DNA of 64,000 bases from Eledone cirrhosa. Taxonomy: Eukaryota. The notes beneath the pieces are model-generated. The model worked only from the letters and a program-made list of their open reading frames with translations. It searched no databases and was not told the DNA's origin. Below, one piece after another: positions 31,101 through 44,000 of this stretch. Made by a program: the position numbers and the translations under genes. The number at the start of each line of letters is the position of its first letter. Positions within the stretch are counted from its first letter, which is position 1. The stretch lies in assembly GCA_964016885.1 (NCBI GenBank), contig OZ024749.1, positions 1,674,001-1,738,000 of the forward strand, written 5' to 3'.

Positions 31101-33492
31101 GAGAAGTTCATTAGATCTGCTCGAGTACTGAGTGGTCCGTGAGGACCTGTCCAACCCATGCTGGCAGGGAAAATAGATGTTAAAAGATGGTGATGATAAA
31201 CACTTTAAGGAAGCAGTTTTGTACTGTAGAACCAGTAGCAGTTTCAGGCTGTTTGGTGTTAGAAGGGTTAAAGTGGGACAGTTTGGTATTAGAAGGGTCA
31301 ATGTGAGATAGTTTCAGGCTGTTTAGTATTAGAAGGGTCAAGGTGGGACAGTTTGAGGTTGTTTGGTGTTAGAATGGTTAAAGTGGGACAGTTTGAGGCT
31401 GTTTAGTATTAGAATGGTTAAAGTAGGACAGTTTGAGGCTGTTTAGAGTTAGAAAGGTTAGAGATAAAAGATATTTCAATGTTTTTCTCTGGATGAAGGG
31501 CAGAATACCAGCAGTTCAGTGTTCAGACATGCAAAGATCTGCACCTTACATTAAAAAGTAGGTGAAGGTTGACATCAGCAATGGCATCTCATATCATTGA
31601 AAAATGGACATAAAGTTGATGATGATGGTGGTGGTGATGATGTTGTAGTAGTTGTAACAGTAGTAGTAATAATAATAGTAGTAGCAGTAGCAGTAATAAC
31701 AATAGTTGTAGTAGTAGAAAGAGCAGCAGTAGTAGTATTCTTTCAATATCTGTATTTGATTCATTTATTTGTTGTGATTCTAGGAAGCTACTCAGAGTAG
31801 TATGATGGACCTAGAGATTGCTGACTATGAACGGACAGTGAAGTCTCTCCAAGTACAACTCAGTGAAAAGGAAACTAAGATCACAGAACTCACCAATGAT
31901 ATCAAACACTCAGACGAACGCATTAAAACTTTACAGAAAGAAATTGGTAGGTTCCTTTTAATATTGTTGTTTTCTTTTTCTCCGATAACGTTTATAGAAA
32001 ATTGTTTAATGCCTTGAATGATTCATTGTGTAGCCATTCAAAAACTCACAAAAACTGTTAAATTTATATTACATTTATTATTTCACGATAAATGTAAAGA
32101 GAAGTTAATAGTTTTCAATGGTTACAATGACCCTTCTTCCATGATGTAATTGTTTTAGTTCCCACACAGCCTCAGATCAAGTCACCTACCAGACATGTAC
32201 AACACAGTCTCAGATCAAGTCCCCTACCAGACATGTACAACACAGTCTCAGATCAAGTCACCTACCAGACATGTACAACACAGTCTCAGATCAAGTCACC
32301 TACCAGACATGTACAACACAGTCTCAGATCAAGTCACCTACCAGACATGTATAACACAGTCTCAGATCAAGTCACCTGCCAGATATATACAACACAGTTT
32401 CAGATCAAGTCACTTAGCAAACATGTACAACACAGTCTCAGATCAAGTCACTTGCCAGACATGTACAACACAGTGTCAGATCAAGTCACCTACCAGACAT
32501 GTACAGCACAGTCACAGATCAAGTCACCTGTCAGACATGTACACCACAGGCTCAGATCAAGTTACCTACCAGACATGTACAACACAGTCTCAGATCAAAT
32601 CACCTGCCAGACATGTACAACACAGTCTCAGATCAAGTCACTTAGCAGATATGTACAACACAGTCCCAGATCAAGTCATCTGCCAGACATGTACAATACA
32701 GTCTCAGATCAAGTCACTTAGCAGACATGTACAACACAGTCTCAGATCAAGTCACTTAGCAGACATGTACACAAGTCTCAGATCAAGTCACCTGTCAGAC
32801 GTGTACAACACAGTCTCAGATCAAGTCACCTGTCAGACATGTACAACACAGTCTCAGATCAAGTCACTTAGCAGACATGTACAACACAGTCTCAGATCAA
32901 GTCACTTAGCAGACATATACAACAGTCTCAGATCAAGTCACTTACCAGACATGTACAACACAGTCTTAGATCAAGTCACTTACCAGACATGTACAACACA
33001 GTCTTAGATCAAGTCACCTGCCAGACATGTACAACACAGTCTTAGATCAAGTCACCTGTCAGACATGTACAACACAGTCTCAGATCAAGTCACTTACCAG
33101 ACATGTACAACACAGTCTTAGATCAAGTCACCTGTCAGACATGAACAACACAGTCTCAGATCAAGTCACTTACCAGACATGTACAACACAGTGTCAGATC
33201 AAGTCACCTGCCAGACATGTACAACACAGTGTCAGATCAGCACTGTACCCAGAACTCTGTATGGTTGCGAAAGAAACTCCTTAACCACACAGCCCTGTTT
33301 GAGATTCTGATTAATATTTTCAGACAGGTTTTAGCTGTGTACTAGACCACCCCTCACCCGTTGGGTCACGTTCGCTTCAAAATATTTTTTAAATAATTAA
33401 AATATTCACAGACAGGTATATAATGTGAAAAGAAACTGGAAGGCCCATATATAGGTGTGTGTATGTATATATATAAATGTGTGTGTTTGTGA

Positions 33493-33546
<54 letters not shown>

Positions 33547-33673
33547 CGAAGGAAATGTGGTAAGGAACCAGGTGGACCATAACGCACCAAAGTACTCCAT
33601 ACTTAGGGTAGAAGAGTGGGTAATAGGAATGAGTAGGACCCCGACGTAGGTCCTACTCGTTCCTATATATATA

Positions 33674-33716
<43 letters not shown>

Positions 33717-36700
33717 ATATATATGAATTTGGGTTTCTGTGATCTATATACATTGGTCATAGACACACATACATACATATATACACACAAACTCACATAT
33801 ATATATATACACACAACACCACCAGCTCTCTCTCTTCCATTCTCCTTCTCAGTCTCCTCTCCCTCTCTCTATGTCTCTCTTTCAATCTACTCTCTCACAA
33901 CCACTATCTCTTCCTTTCTATCCTCCTCTCTCTCTGTTTATGAAGGTACCCGGAAAAACCCCGTATCTTAGGAACCCATGGTCTGATTTACGCGAAACTT
34001 GTTTTATTCCATTTGTATTCCCATTTCAGGGTCAACTTCCTTTCAATGTATTTTCCCATTATGTGCCCTTTTGGCTGTATTACATTACAGACAAGCAATC
34101 ACAGACTTTTAGTAATATCTCAATGTTTCTCTATATTCAGATTATGTTGATGAACAGAAAGTCCAAGCTGAGGATAGAAGCCATAAACTGAAGCAACTTC
34201 TGATGAAAACAAAGAAAGATTTAGCAGATGCCAAGAGACTTGTAAGTAACGTTGTTTTGGGAGTTTTATGGGACTTACTGAGGTACTGTTTCTAGGGTTG
34301 GCTGTGTCTTGATAGGACTTACTGAGGTACTGTTTCTAGGGTTGGCTGTCTCTTGATAGGACTTACTGAGGTACTGTTTCTAGGGTTGGCTGTCTCTTGA
34401 TAGGACTTACTGAGGTACTGTTTCTATGGTTGGCTGTCTCTTGATAGGACTTACTGAGGTACTGTTTCTATGGTTGGCTGTCTCTTGATAGGACTTACTG
34501 AGGTACTGTTTCTAGGGTTGGCTGTCTCTTGATAGGACTTACTGAGGTACTGTTTCTAGGGTTGGCTGTCTCTTGATAGGACTTACTGAGGTACTGTTTC
34601 TAGGGTTGGCTGTCTCTTGATAGGACTTACTGAGGTACTGTTTCTAGGGTTGGCTGTCTCTTGATAGGACTTACTGAGGTACTGTTTCTAGGGTTGGCTG
34701 TCTCTTGATAGGACTTACTGAGGTACTGTTTCTAGGGTTGGCTGTGTCTTTTTTATTTTATTTATTTATTTATTTGTTTGTGTCTCTGTCTCTGTGCATG
34801 CGTTTGCATGTGTGTTTAATGTTTGGTGTGTGTTTAATGTTTGAATGTATGTGTTTTTGTTTTTGTATTCTATCTTTGTTCACTGGTGTGTGTTTATCTG
34901 TTTGTTGTTACTGTACTTGTGTATATATTTATTTATTTATTTATCTACAAAAACAAAAACACACACCCCAAACATTAAACACATGCAAACGCATGTGCAG
35001 AGACAGAGACAAGAAGAAATAAATAAATAAAATAAAAATGGCTTAAACTTTACAATACACTGATGAAGTCGCATATGTGCGATGAAAGAACTCTGATAGA
35101 CTATATATATATATATTTATATCTGTATGTTTAACCGTTAGTCAATCAATGATAAACATTATTGCCAAATAAATTAACTGTGGAGATATAAAAGATACAG
35201 AAGCGAAAACCAACCCAAACCAAACAGTGAGTGTGTTCTGTTATTATTTCTGGCAATATTATAACAATATGACCCTCCCCAAGTATAACCATATATATCT
35301 ATTCTATAAAGCTGACGGCTGTATGTAACAAACTTTCCGCCAAACGTCTGGACCAAATGGCACCAAATTTGCACCATAGATGTAACTTTTTCCAAGTAAA
35401 AAGTGAGGTATTTTTGTCTACTGAATTTTGTTAAAAGATTAAAGACATTATTTAAATATTCACTTCTTTAAAATTTCAAATGTCAACACTTCCGGTTATA
35501 CGTCATTCCTCACTTTTTCTTATGAAGTCGCACAACATTCCCCTCTTTTTCTTAGTCTGTCTTTTTAGATAGATACATAGCTATAACGTAGCGCCCTTAT
35601 AATATATGTCTGGCTGTCTGCATTAGATAACGTTTTTCGAAATATTTACTTCTGTATTCACAGACGGATTTTTTTAGTTAAAGGTGAAAGCAGCGATTCT
35701 TTGCTTAAACTTTAATCTGTTATTTTAATATATATATTCGTGTACAGATATGTTTGCATACACAAAAACAAAAACCGATTTATTTCACGAAAGTACAGAT
35801 GGTTTATCATCATTGTTACTGTTCGAGGCTAGGGGGCCACAGTCTTTCCAAGATCTGAGAACCATCAATGGCCATCAATGTTCCACTTACCATTTGGCTT
35901 GGTAGATGCGTGGTATGTTACACAATGACAGCCATTGGCACCTCACCCTGCAATAAGCAGCAGCTGCTAAAGTCCCATCTCAGCTGCGAAAACTTTTTGC
36001 TATTATGCGGCACAACTGCGATCTCGCTGACCCTCTCGCACTGTGGAACAACCACCGTGAAAGTCTAGTTGAGGATATCCTCCACTGCACACGCAGACAC
36101 AATCCAAACGTAACATACAATGTCGTTTTCAATTAGGCGCTCATTTGTCTTGAAAACAGTGTCTTGGAGATTGGTGTTAGGACTTGAAGTCACTACAGCT
36201 TACCAGCTCCTGACAGGAGTGACCAGAAGTCAAGGTCTACAGAGCTTCTCCATGAGACGAGCTAAGAGATCAATGCTTCTCCCATGGTCAATTGTATGTA
36301 GGATGCTCTAGGGTGAGCTCGCCAAACAATCTCTTCATCTTTGCTCCGGAGGGCCGAACAAAACATTGTATACTCTGAGGCTCTAACAATGTAATTTAAA
36401 TATTTTCTGTTACTTGGAATTTCCATTATGGTTGTACAAATTATTGTAAAGTTTGTTAAAAAATTTGTTCTCTGTTCAGCCTTTATTGTTGTAACTATCA
36501 ATTTTCTTTAACGTACTGGCTGCTGAACTGGGGAATCCTAAAAACTATTCAAACCCAACATCAGAGCACGTTAACCCCCCCCCCCTCCCCCCTGCTGACT
36601 TGAGAGGCCGTGCAGTATCTTTGCACTGGAGTGAAGGGGGCTTCCTGAAAAGATAAAATGCCGGTATACCTAGCCGGGCGCCAGCCGGACGGGCCAGCTA

Positions 36701-38017
36701 GTATATATATATATATATATATATATATGTAGGAAGTTATAGTTCACTTGAAGCATTGTGTGATGAGGTATAAACGTTTGTATTTGTAAAGCCAAAACAA
36801 TGCAGGTATGGATATAGAATATAAATGCAAATGCAAAAGATATTGTTGACAATTAGTCTTTTACTTTAAATTTATTTAAATATCCTTAATTTTCGAGATA
36901 TCTCTTCTTCGGAGGGAAGTAAAGTGGTTAAACCAGCGTTCTAAATAGCTTGCCAAGTCATGCTGACAGGAAATAGTATAGAGAATCTGTTCTAACTCTA
37001 ATGTCAAAGAGTGAAGGTTAGGTGGGTAAAGAGTAGTCTCCCTTTCAAAGGGGTTTTGTACATGTGTGTTTAAGTGTGTGGGAGAATACGTGAAGGTGTA
37101 AGTATGTGTGTGTGAGAAGATATGTCTATACGTAAATGTGGGGGATAGATGCTCTATCGTGTTAAAACTGGTCTTTATGTGTGTGTGTGAGAGAATAAGT
37201 GGAGGTGTAAGCATGTGTGTGTGCGTGTGTGTGCTTGTGCATGTGTGTGAGAGGGGTGGTGTAAGTATTGGGCTAGGTGCTCTATCAAGTTATAAATTGG
37301 GTATTGAGTTCTAGTCTATTATTGATTGGTGGTTGTGTTTTGTCTATAATCAGTGCTTCCTTAATTCTAAGATTGCCAAGGTTTCTTTCCTTAGTTTCTA
37401 TCCTAACTGTTATGTTTTTGTTGGTGTTTTTGCATTTCACTAGGTGTTTCTTAAATGAGGAAGCGTTAGTATTGAGGTGTTCTTTTATTCTTATGTGAAG
37501 TGGTCTGGTGATGATACCTACGTAGAAGTTGCTGCATTTGTCACACTCTAATCTGTATACGACTGGTGGCTTAGCTCTGTGTCGTTGCTGGGGCAGTTGG
37601 CTAGCCTGCAGCGGCTGTCATGTCTGGTGGAGTGTCTTTTGGTTAGCCGTCCGTGTAGAGAAGGTCCTCAGTGGGCTAGTTGGATATCTAGTCCCTCTCG
37701 TCTGATAGCTCTGCGGATGGCTGTTGTTGTTTCGTCACTGAAGTGTGGGAGCTTCAGGAAGCAGGTGTTAGTGCCTCAGGTGTGGTGTCCTCCGTTCTTT
37801 CTGGCCTGGTTCGTGGTGGACGTCGGGATACGTCCTATAAGCTATTTAGAACGCTGGTTTAACCACTTTACTTCCCTCCGAAGAAGAGATATTATCTCGA
37901 AAATTAAGAATATTTAAATAAATTTAAGGTAAAAGACTAATTGTCAACAATATCTTTTGCATTTCCATTTGTATTCTATATCCATACCTGCATTGTTTTG
38001 GCTTTACAAATAGAAAC

Positions 38018-38081
<64 letters not shown>

Positions 38082-41000
38082 GCATATATTCTCAGCTGCA
38101 TACCTTGTTTGAAATTTGTATTTAAAATTATTAAAATTTGCATTAAATCAAGAAATAAATAAAAAGCTTTCTCTGTAGCAGTTGCTGCCCACATTTTTCA
38201 GATCTTAAGGGTACTTCACATGATTTTCTAATGCTGTTACCATTTATAGTGATTCTGTGTTGGGATTTCAATGTTTCAAAAAAGCCTAATATTTTGGAGT
38301 TGTAAAGACAAAATATATTATTTGAATGTTTTAAGTATTTTATCTTTTATAGGACAATGAGCAAAAGGCATCTGAAGCCCAGCTTAAAGGCCAGCTAGAG
38401 CACTTCACACAACAAATTGAAGAATGCAAGGTATCTTGTAAAAATAAATCTTTTAACCCTTTCATTGCTATATTTCTGATGAAAGACACTGCCTATGATT
38501 TTCTTATCAGGTTGAAAATAATCAAAAATTTAGAGGAATTTAATAATATAGCTAACTTTCTCATTATTAAGCTGGGGTTTGGAGTATAATGTAATAAAGG
38601 TTCTTACATAAAATTATGATGTAGGTGTCATGACAAAAAGTACCCAGTCCCCACTGTAAAGAGGTCATGTAGGAGACACAACAAAAAGATCATTGGCTGG
38701 GCTAAAAAGCCACATTCGATCGCAGCGCTGTTAGTTGCTATCGTGTGTGTGTCTATACACACACACACGATAGCAACTAACAGCGTTGCGATCGAATGTG
38801 GCTTTTTAGCCCAGCCAATGATCTAAAAGGTCTTGCACAGAGTCGGCAACCAAAATGTTTGTGTGTGTATATATGTATATTATTATTGTTGTTGTTGTTA
38901 TTATTATTGTTATTATGTTTTTTTTTTTTTTCTCGTGCAATGGCCATACTCGATAACGAGGGGGCAGCCATCATCATTCATCATCATCGTTTTACGTCTG
39001 CTTTTCCCTGCTTGCAAGGGTGGGACGGGAACTGATTCTGGCCTGATTTCTACAGCTGGATGCCCTTCCTAACACCAACCTCATTTACAGTGAGTGCTGG
39101 GTGCTTTTTTACCGTGGCACCTCCACGACCACTTTACAGTGGAATGATAGGGACCACAGTCCCTATCATCTCATTTCTACAGCTGAGTAAACTGGAGCAA
39201 TGTGAAATAAAGTGTCTTGCTCAAGGAAACAACACATCACCCGGTTGAGAATTGAACTCATAACCTTTCGATTGCAAGGCCAATGCTCTAACCACTAAGC
39301 CATGTGCCTCCATCATATACACACACACACACACACACACACATACACACACACACATATATCTACATATATATATTTCTATTTCAGCTCCAAATGTCTG
39401 AGATGGGAATTGAAAATAATAAACTCCAGGAACGGCTGAAAAGTATGACAGATGCACAACAGCGATCTGTGCGGGTCCAGGAGAAACAGGTTCAATCTCT
39501 ACAGTCACAACTGGAGGACTCACAGGCACAGTTAAGTGCAGTCCAGAATGAGTATGAAGGGTACAAGGTAAGTTGATTCATTTATTTCTCCTCCTCCTCC
39601 TCCTTGGGGTCGGGTCCCCAAACACTCCAGTAGGTCCTGTCAGAAACAACAACCTCCAACTGGTTCAACTCGGTCCCCAAACACAGGTCAGAAGCAGCCA
39701 CCTCCAACTGATCCAGCTAGATCCCCAAGTGAGACCAACCAAGCTCATATCCAACCCTCTTGCTCATGGTCAGCCGGTTGGTTTTGCCTGTAAAATCTGT
39801 CCAGTGATTCTTTCCTGAAACATTCTAACCACACCCAGACTCATAGCCAGTGTGGAGGAGGACTTCTTATTATGAAGGCAGTGGATTGGCAGTATCGGTA
39901 GATTGTCAGACTCCATGCTTTGCAGCATAGAGTTATAACCCTTTACGTCTTGAGTTCAAATCCCGCTGAGGTTACCGATGACTTTCATCCTAAGGATTGA
40001 TACAATAAAGCACCGGTAACACATTGGGTTAATTGCTGGCCTTGTGCCAAAAGTAAAAACAATTATGAAATCGGTGGATGATCTGCCAGAACATTTTATT
40101 TGCTGATCTGAAGTCAGATTCCAGCTTAACCCCAAAGTCCTCCCATTTCTTAACTTTCGATGCCTTTACTGTCTACGATTCTGTGTACCTGCTTGTACCA
40201 CAAGTGCAAGAAGGACTACTTTTTTTCTCAGATGGCATCTTTGACCCCTTGATTGAACCAAGGAGTCCTTCTGCCATCCAGCACCATACCAAGCCTCTTC
40301 CATCTGCAGAATATAACAGCTGAAGCAGAAGCTGCTGAGCTGAACAATCTCCACTCTGTCTCAATGTCCTTAGTCTGCTCAGGGACCTCTCTTCATTTAT
40401 TTATTTTTCTATTGATTTATTATTTTATTAAGGGTATTAAAGACATGACAGTCTCCCTAGTGTTGGGGATTGATATAATAAACATACCCAGTACACACTG
40501 CAAAGTGGTTGGTGATAGGAAGGACATCCATCTGTAGAAAGCTTGCCAAATAAAGGGTTGGGAGGACCCTCAGTTGTGTCAGTGACATGACAATCTCCCT
40601 AGTGCTGTTAATCTACATAAAAGCATGCAGTACACACTGTAAAGTGGTTGGTGTTAGGAAGGGCATCCAGTCATACAAAGCTTGCCAAACAAAAGCTTGG
40701 GAGGACCCCCCCCCCCCATTAGTGCTGGGGCCATGATAAAGTGCACTTGGTAGAGTGTGGGGTCATGATAAAATGCACTTGGTAGATTGTGGGGGTCATA
40801 TGTGAGTTGTAGACCGCCAGCCCATCTGAGAGGTCGGTAAGTTTGAGTGCTGACTCTGTCTGTGGAGACCTGTCCAATCCTTACTAGTAGGGAAAATGGA
40901 TATTAAGTGATGACGATGATGAGGGTGGTGGATTGACAGAATCATTAGAACATCGGACAAAATGTTTTGCAGCATTTAGTTACAGTCCTTCTGAGTTCAA

Positions 41001-44000
41001 ATCCTGTCATGGTCAACTTCATCCTTGTGGGCTTCATCAAATACAGTACCTATCTGTCAAGTACTGGGGTTGATTTTATCAACTTTGCCTTTCCCCCAAA
41101 TTTACTGGCCACAGGGCCACAAATCAATATTATTTAAATTTAGTTAGTTTTTTTCATTGTTTTCTGAAAATAAAGAATATTTCCTTGTTGACATGTAGGT
41201 GAGAGTTCACAGTGTGTTGAAACAACAAAAAGACAAGTTGTCCTCAAATGATGTACATTCGGTGGAGAAACAAGAAAGGTAAATTTATATTAAACCTATA
41301 TTCTTAACATCCTGTACCGCATGAAACCACATTAACGAGACATTTTTGAGAAGTATAAAACAGCACTATAACTACATAGCTTTTAAAATTAAAGTCTTTC
41401 ACTTTAGTTGACTGCAAATTTTCACAATGACCTGTCCAGCACTAAAGATAGTACAAACATTTGAATTAACAAACAACATGAAACCACACCAGCAAGACAT
41501 TCTTGAAGAGTACAAAACAATAATATTTCTATTGCCTTATATTAGAAATTAAAGTCTTTTAGTTTACTCTAATACTGCAAATTACAAGGATTTGTCAAAT
41601 CCTGAAAGTACTATAAACATTTGAATTAACAAACTATATGAAACTGCATTTGAAAACAACACTATGACTACATCACATTAAAAATTAAGTCTTTATTTTA
41701 ATACTGCAAATTTTCACAACAATCTGTCCACTAGTAATGATGCTATAAAAATTTGAATTAAAAACATGAAACCAGTGTGAGAGAGAGAGAGAGAGAGAGA
41801 GAAGAATTACTTTAACAAAAAATATTATTTTTAAACTGTGAGTAAAATATTCCATTTTGGTAGTTTGTCATTTGTTAAATTTATTCAATTTATTTAGTTT
41901 TGTCTGGATGTCTAAAGTTAAGACATGGGAGGACTTTGGGGTTAAGCTGGAATTTGATTTCAGATCAAATAAAATGTTCTGACAGACCATCTGCTGACTT
42001 TGTAATAAGAAGCCCTCCTCCACACCTATCAGGAATGTCTGTGGTTCACCTCTCTCCAGAGAGGTGCATCCTCAGGAGGTGGAGAGAATACTTTACTGAT
42101 CTCTTAAACCCAATCACAACAGCATCTTCTGATATACATGAAGTGTATCTGGGAGCGGTGACTAATCTCAGAGGCTGAGGTCACAAGAGCAGTTAAATAG
42201 CTCAAATGTGGCAAAGCTGCTGGGGAAGATGAAATCTAGCTTGAGATGATAAAAGCCTTAAAGAGAGAAGGTATTCTCTGGCTGACTCGTGTGCCAGGTG
42301 GCTTGGGTCTCTGGAAAGGCACTTAAGTAATGGCAATCGGGAGTGATAATCCCAATTTTCAAAGAGGGAGACAAGAGAGATTGTTCCAATTACAGAGGGG
42401 TCTCCCTGGTAAAGTGCTAAGTGTGTGGAAAAGAGATGCAGGAAATTGTTGAGTCCAAGCTAGCTGATGAACAGTGCAGTTTCTGCCTCAGATGCAGCAT
42501 AGAGAAATTCAAGTATCTCGGGACCATGTTCATGAGTGATGGAAGGCAGGAGGCTGAATTAAGTGCAAGAATTGCAGGAGTTGGTGCAGTAATGAGCCAG
42601 CCTCAGCATTCAGTAATCAAAAGAATGGAGGTAGCATAAAAGCCAAACTCGCCATCTTCAATTCGGTATTTGTGCCAAGCCTTACCTATGGCCATGAATC
42701 TTGGGTAATGGCCTAAGGAATATGATTGCGAATATAAGCGGCCGAAATGGGATTCCTTCGAAGGGTCTTTGGAGTGACATTACTTGATAAAGTGCTTAGC
42801 TAGGAGATTACTTGATAAAGTGCCTAGCTAGGAGATCAGGTAGAGCCATTACTTCTCTGAATTGAGACATCACAGCTCTGATACTATGGACACATGAGTA
42901 GAATGTCTCAGGAAAGAATTGCTTGACAGATTTTATGAGCAAAAGCAACCAGGAGTAGACCCTGAGCAAGATGGTTGGATAATATCAATGAGCTTGGCTG
43001 GTCTCGCTTGGGGATCCAGAACTTCCTTGGTGAGGTGGGGTGAGCTACCATATATTTCCATGGGGAATGTGAGCTACCATATATTTCCATGGGGATTGTG
43101 AGCTACCATATATTTCCATGGGGATTGTGAGCTACCATATATTTAAGATAACATTTTTATGTGTTGCAGGGAACAACAAGACAAAGTTATTGATCAACTG
43201 AAAACAAAATTACAAGAATTACAGTGAGTTCTTTAATTATTGTCTGTTATGACATTACCTTAAAGTCTATACCTCTGTTATGACATAACCTCTGTTATGA
43301 CATTACCTTAAAGTCTATATCTCTGTTATGACATTACCTTAACCCTTTAGTGTTGAAATCGCCTGAAATTATTTCCCCTTCATTTGTTCAAACCGCCCGA
43401 AATCGCCCGATAACACCCACACTAAAAAATCATTCTAAAAATAAACAAACCATCATCAAAATCTCGTCAATTCGAGATTACTGCAAGATTAGGCTCTTAC
43501 TGCGAAAATTAACACTTAATATAGTGAAACAACTTAGAACAAGAGTTTTTTTAACTTTGAAAGTACAACAAATTTCTTTTTTGTATCAACATGGCTTATA
43601 AAAGTAGCAATACCGACTTTTAAGGTTTTACACACGACGACATTCAGAATAAACAAGAAACAAACAATAATATTAGTGATTTATCTTCAAATGAACCTGA
43701 TGTTTATATTTCTGAAATTTCGTCTGACGATGATTGTTTTGAAAGTGAAAACGAAGGAGATCTCCAGGACGCCATTGAAAATATTACAGCAACGTGGTTG
43801 AAAAATACCACACTAATATATGTTCCCGATTTTATTCAAAATACTAGTCCACAATACACATTACCTCCCGATGCTAAAGCAGTGGATTATTTCTTTTTGT
43901 TTTTACCACAAACTATCTTCGAAGTTGTGGCAGAAGATATGCCCAACAACAGATTTCAAATCAAGGAAAACCCGATCTGTTTGACGACCGGCAGATGCTG

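Noticed and set aside
39235-39311. tRNA gene
   Set aside because: tRNA-like head continuous with a SINE body and tail; no proper cloverleaf or terminator.
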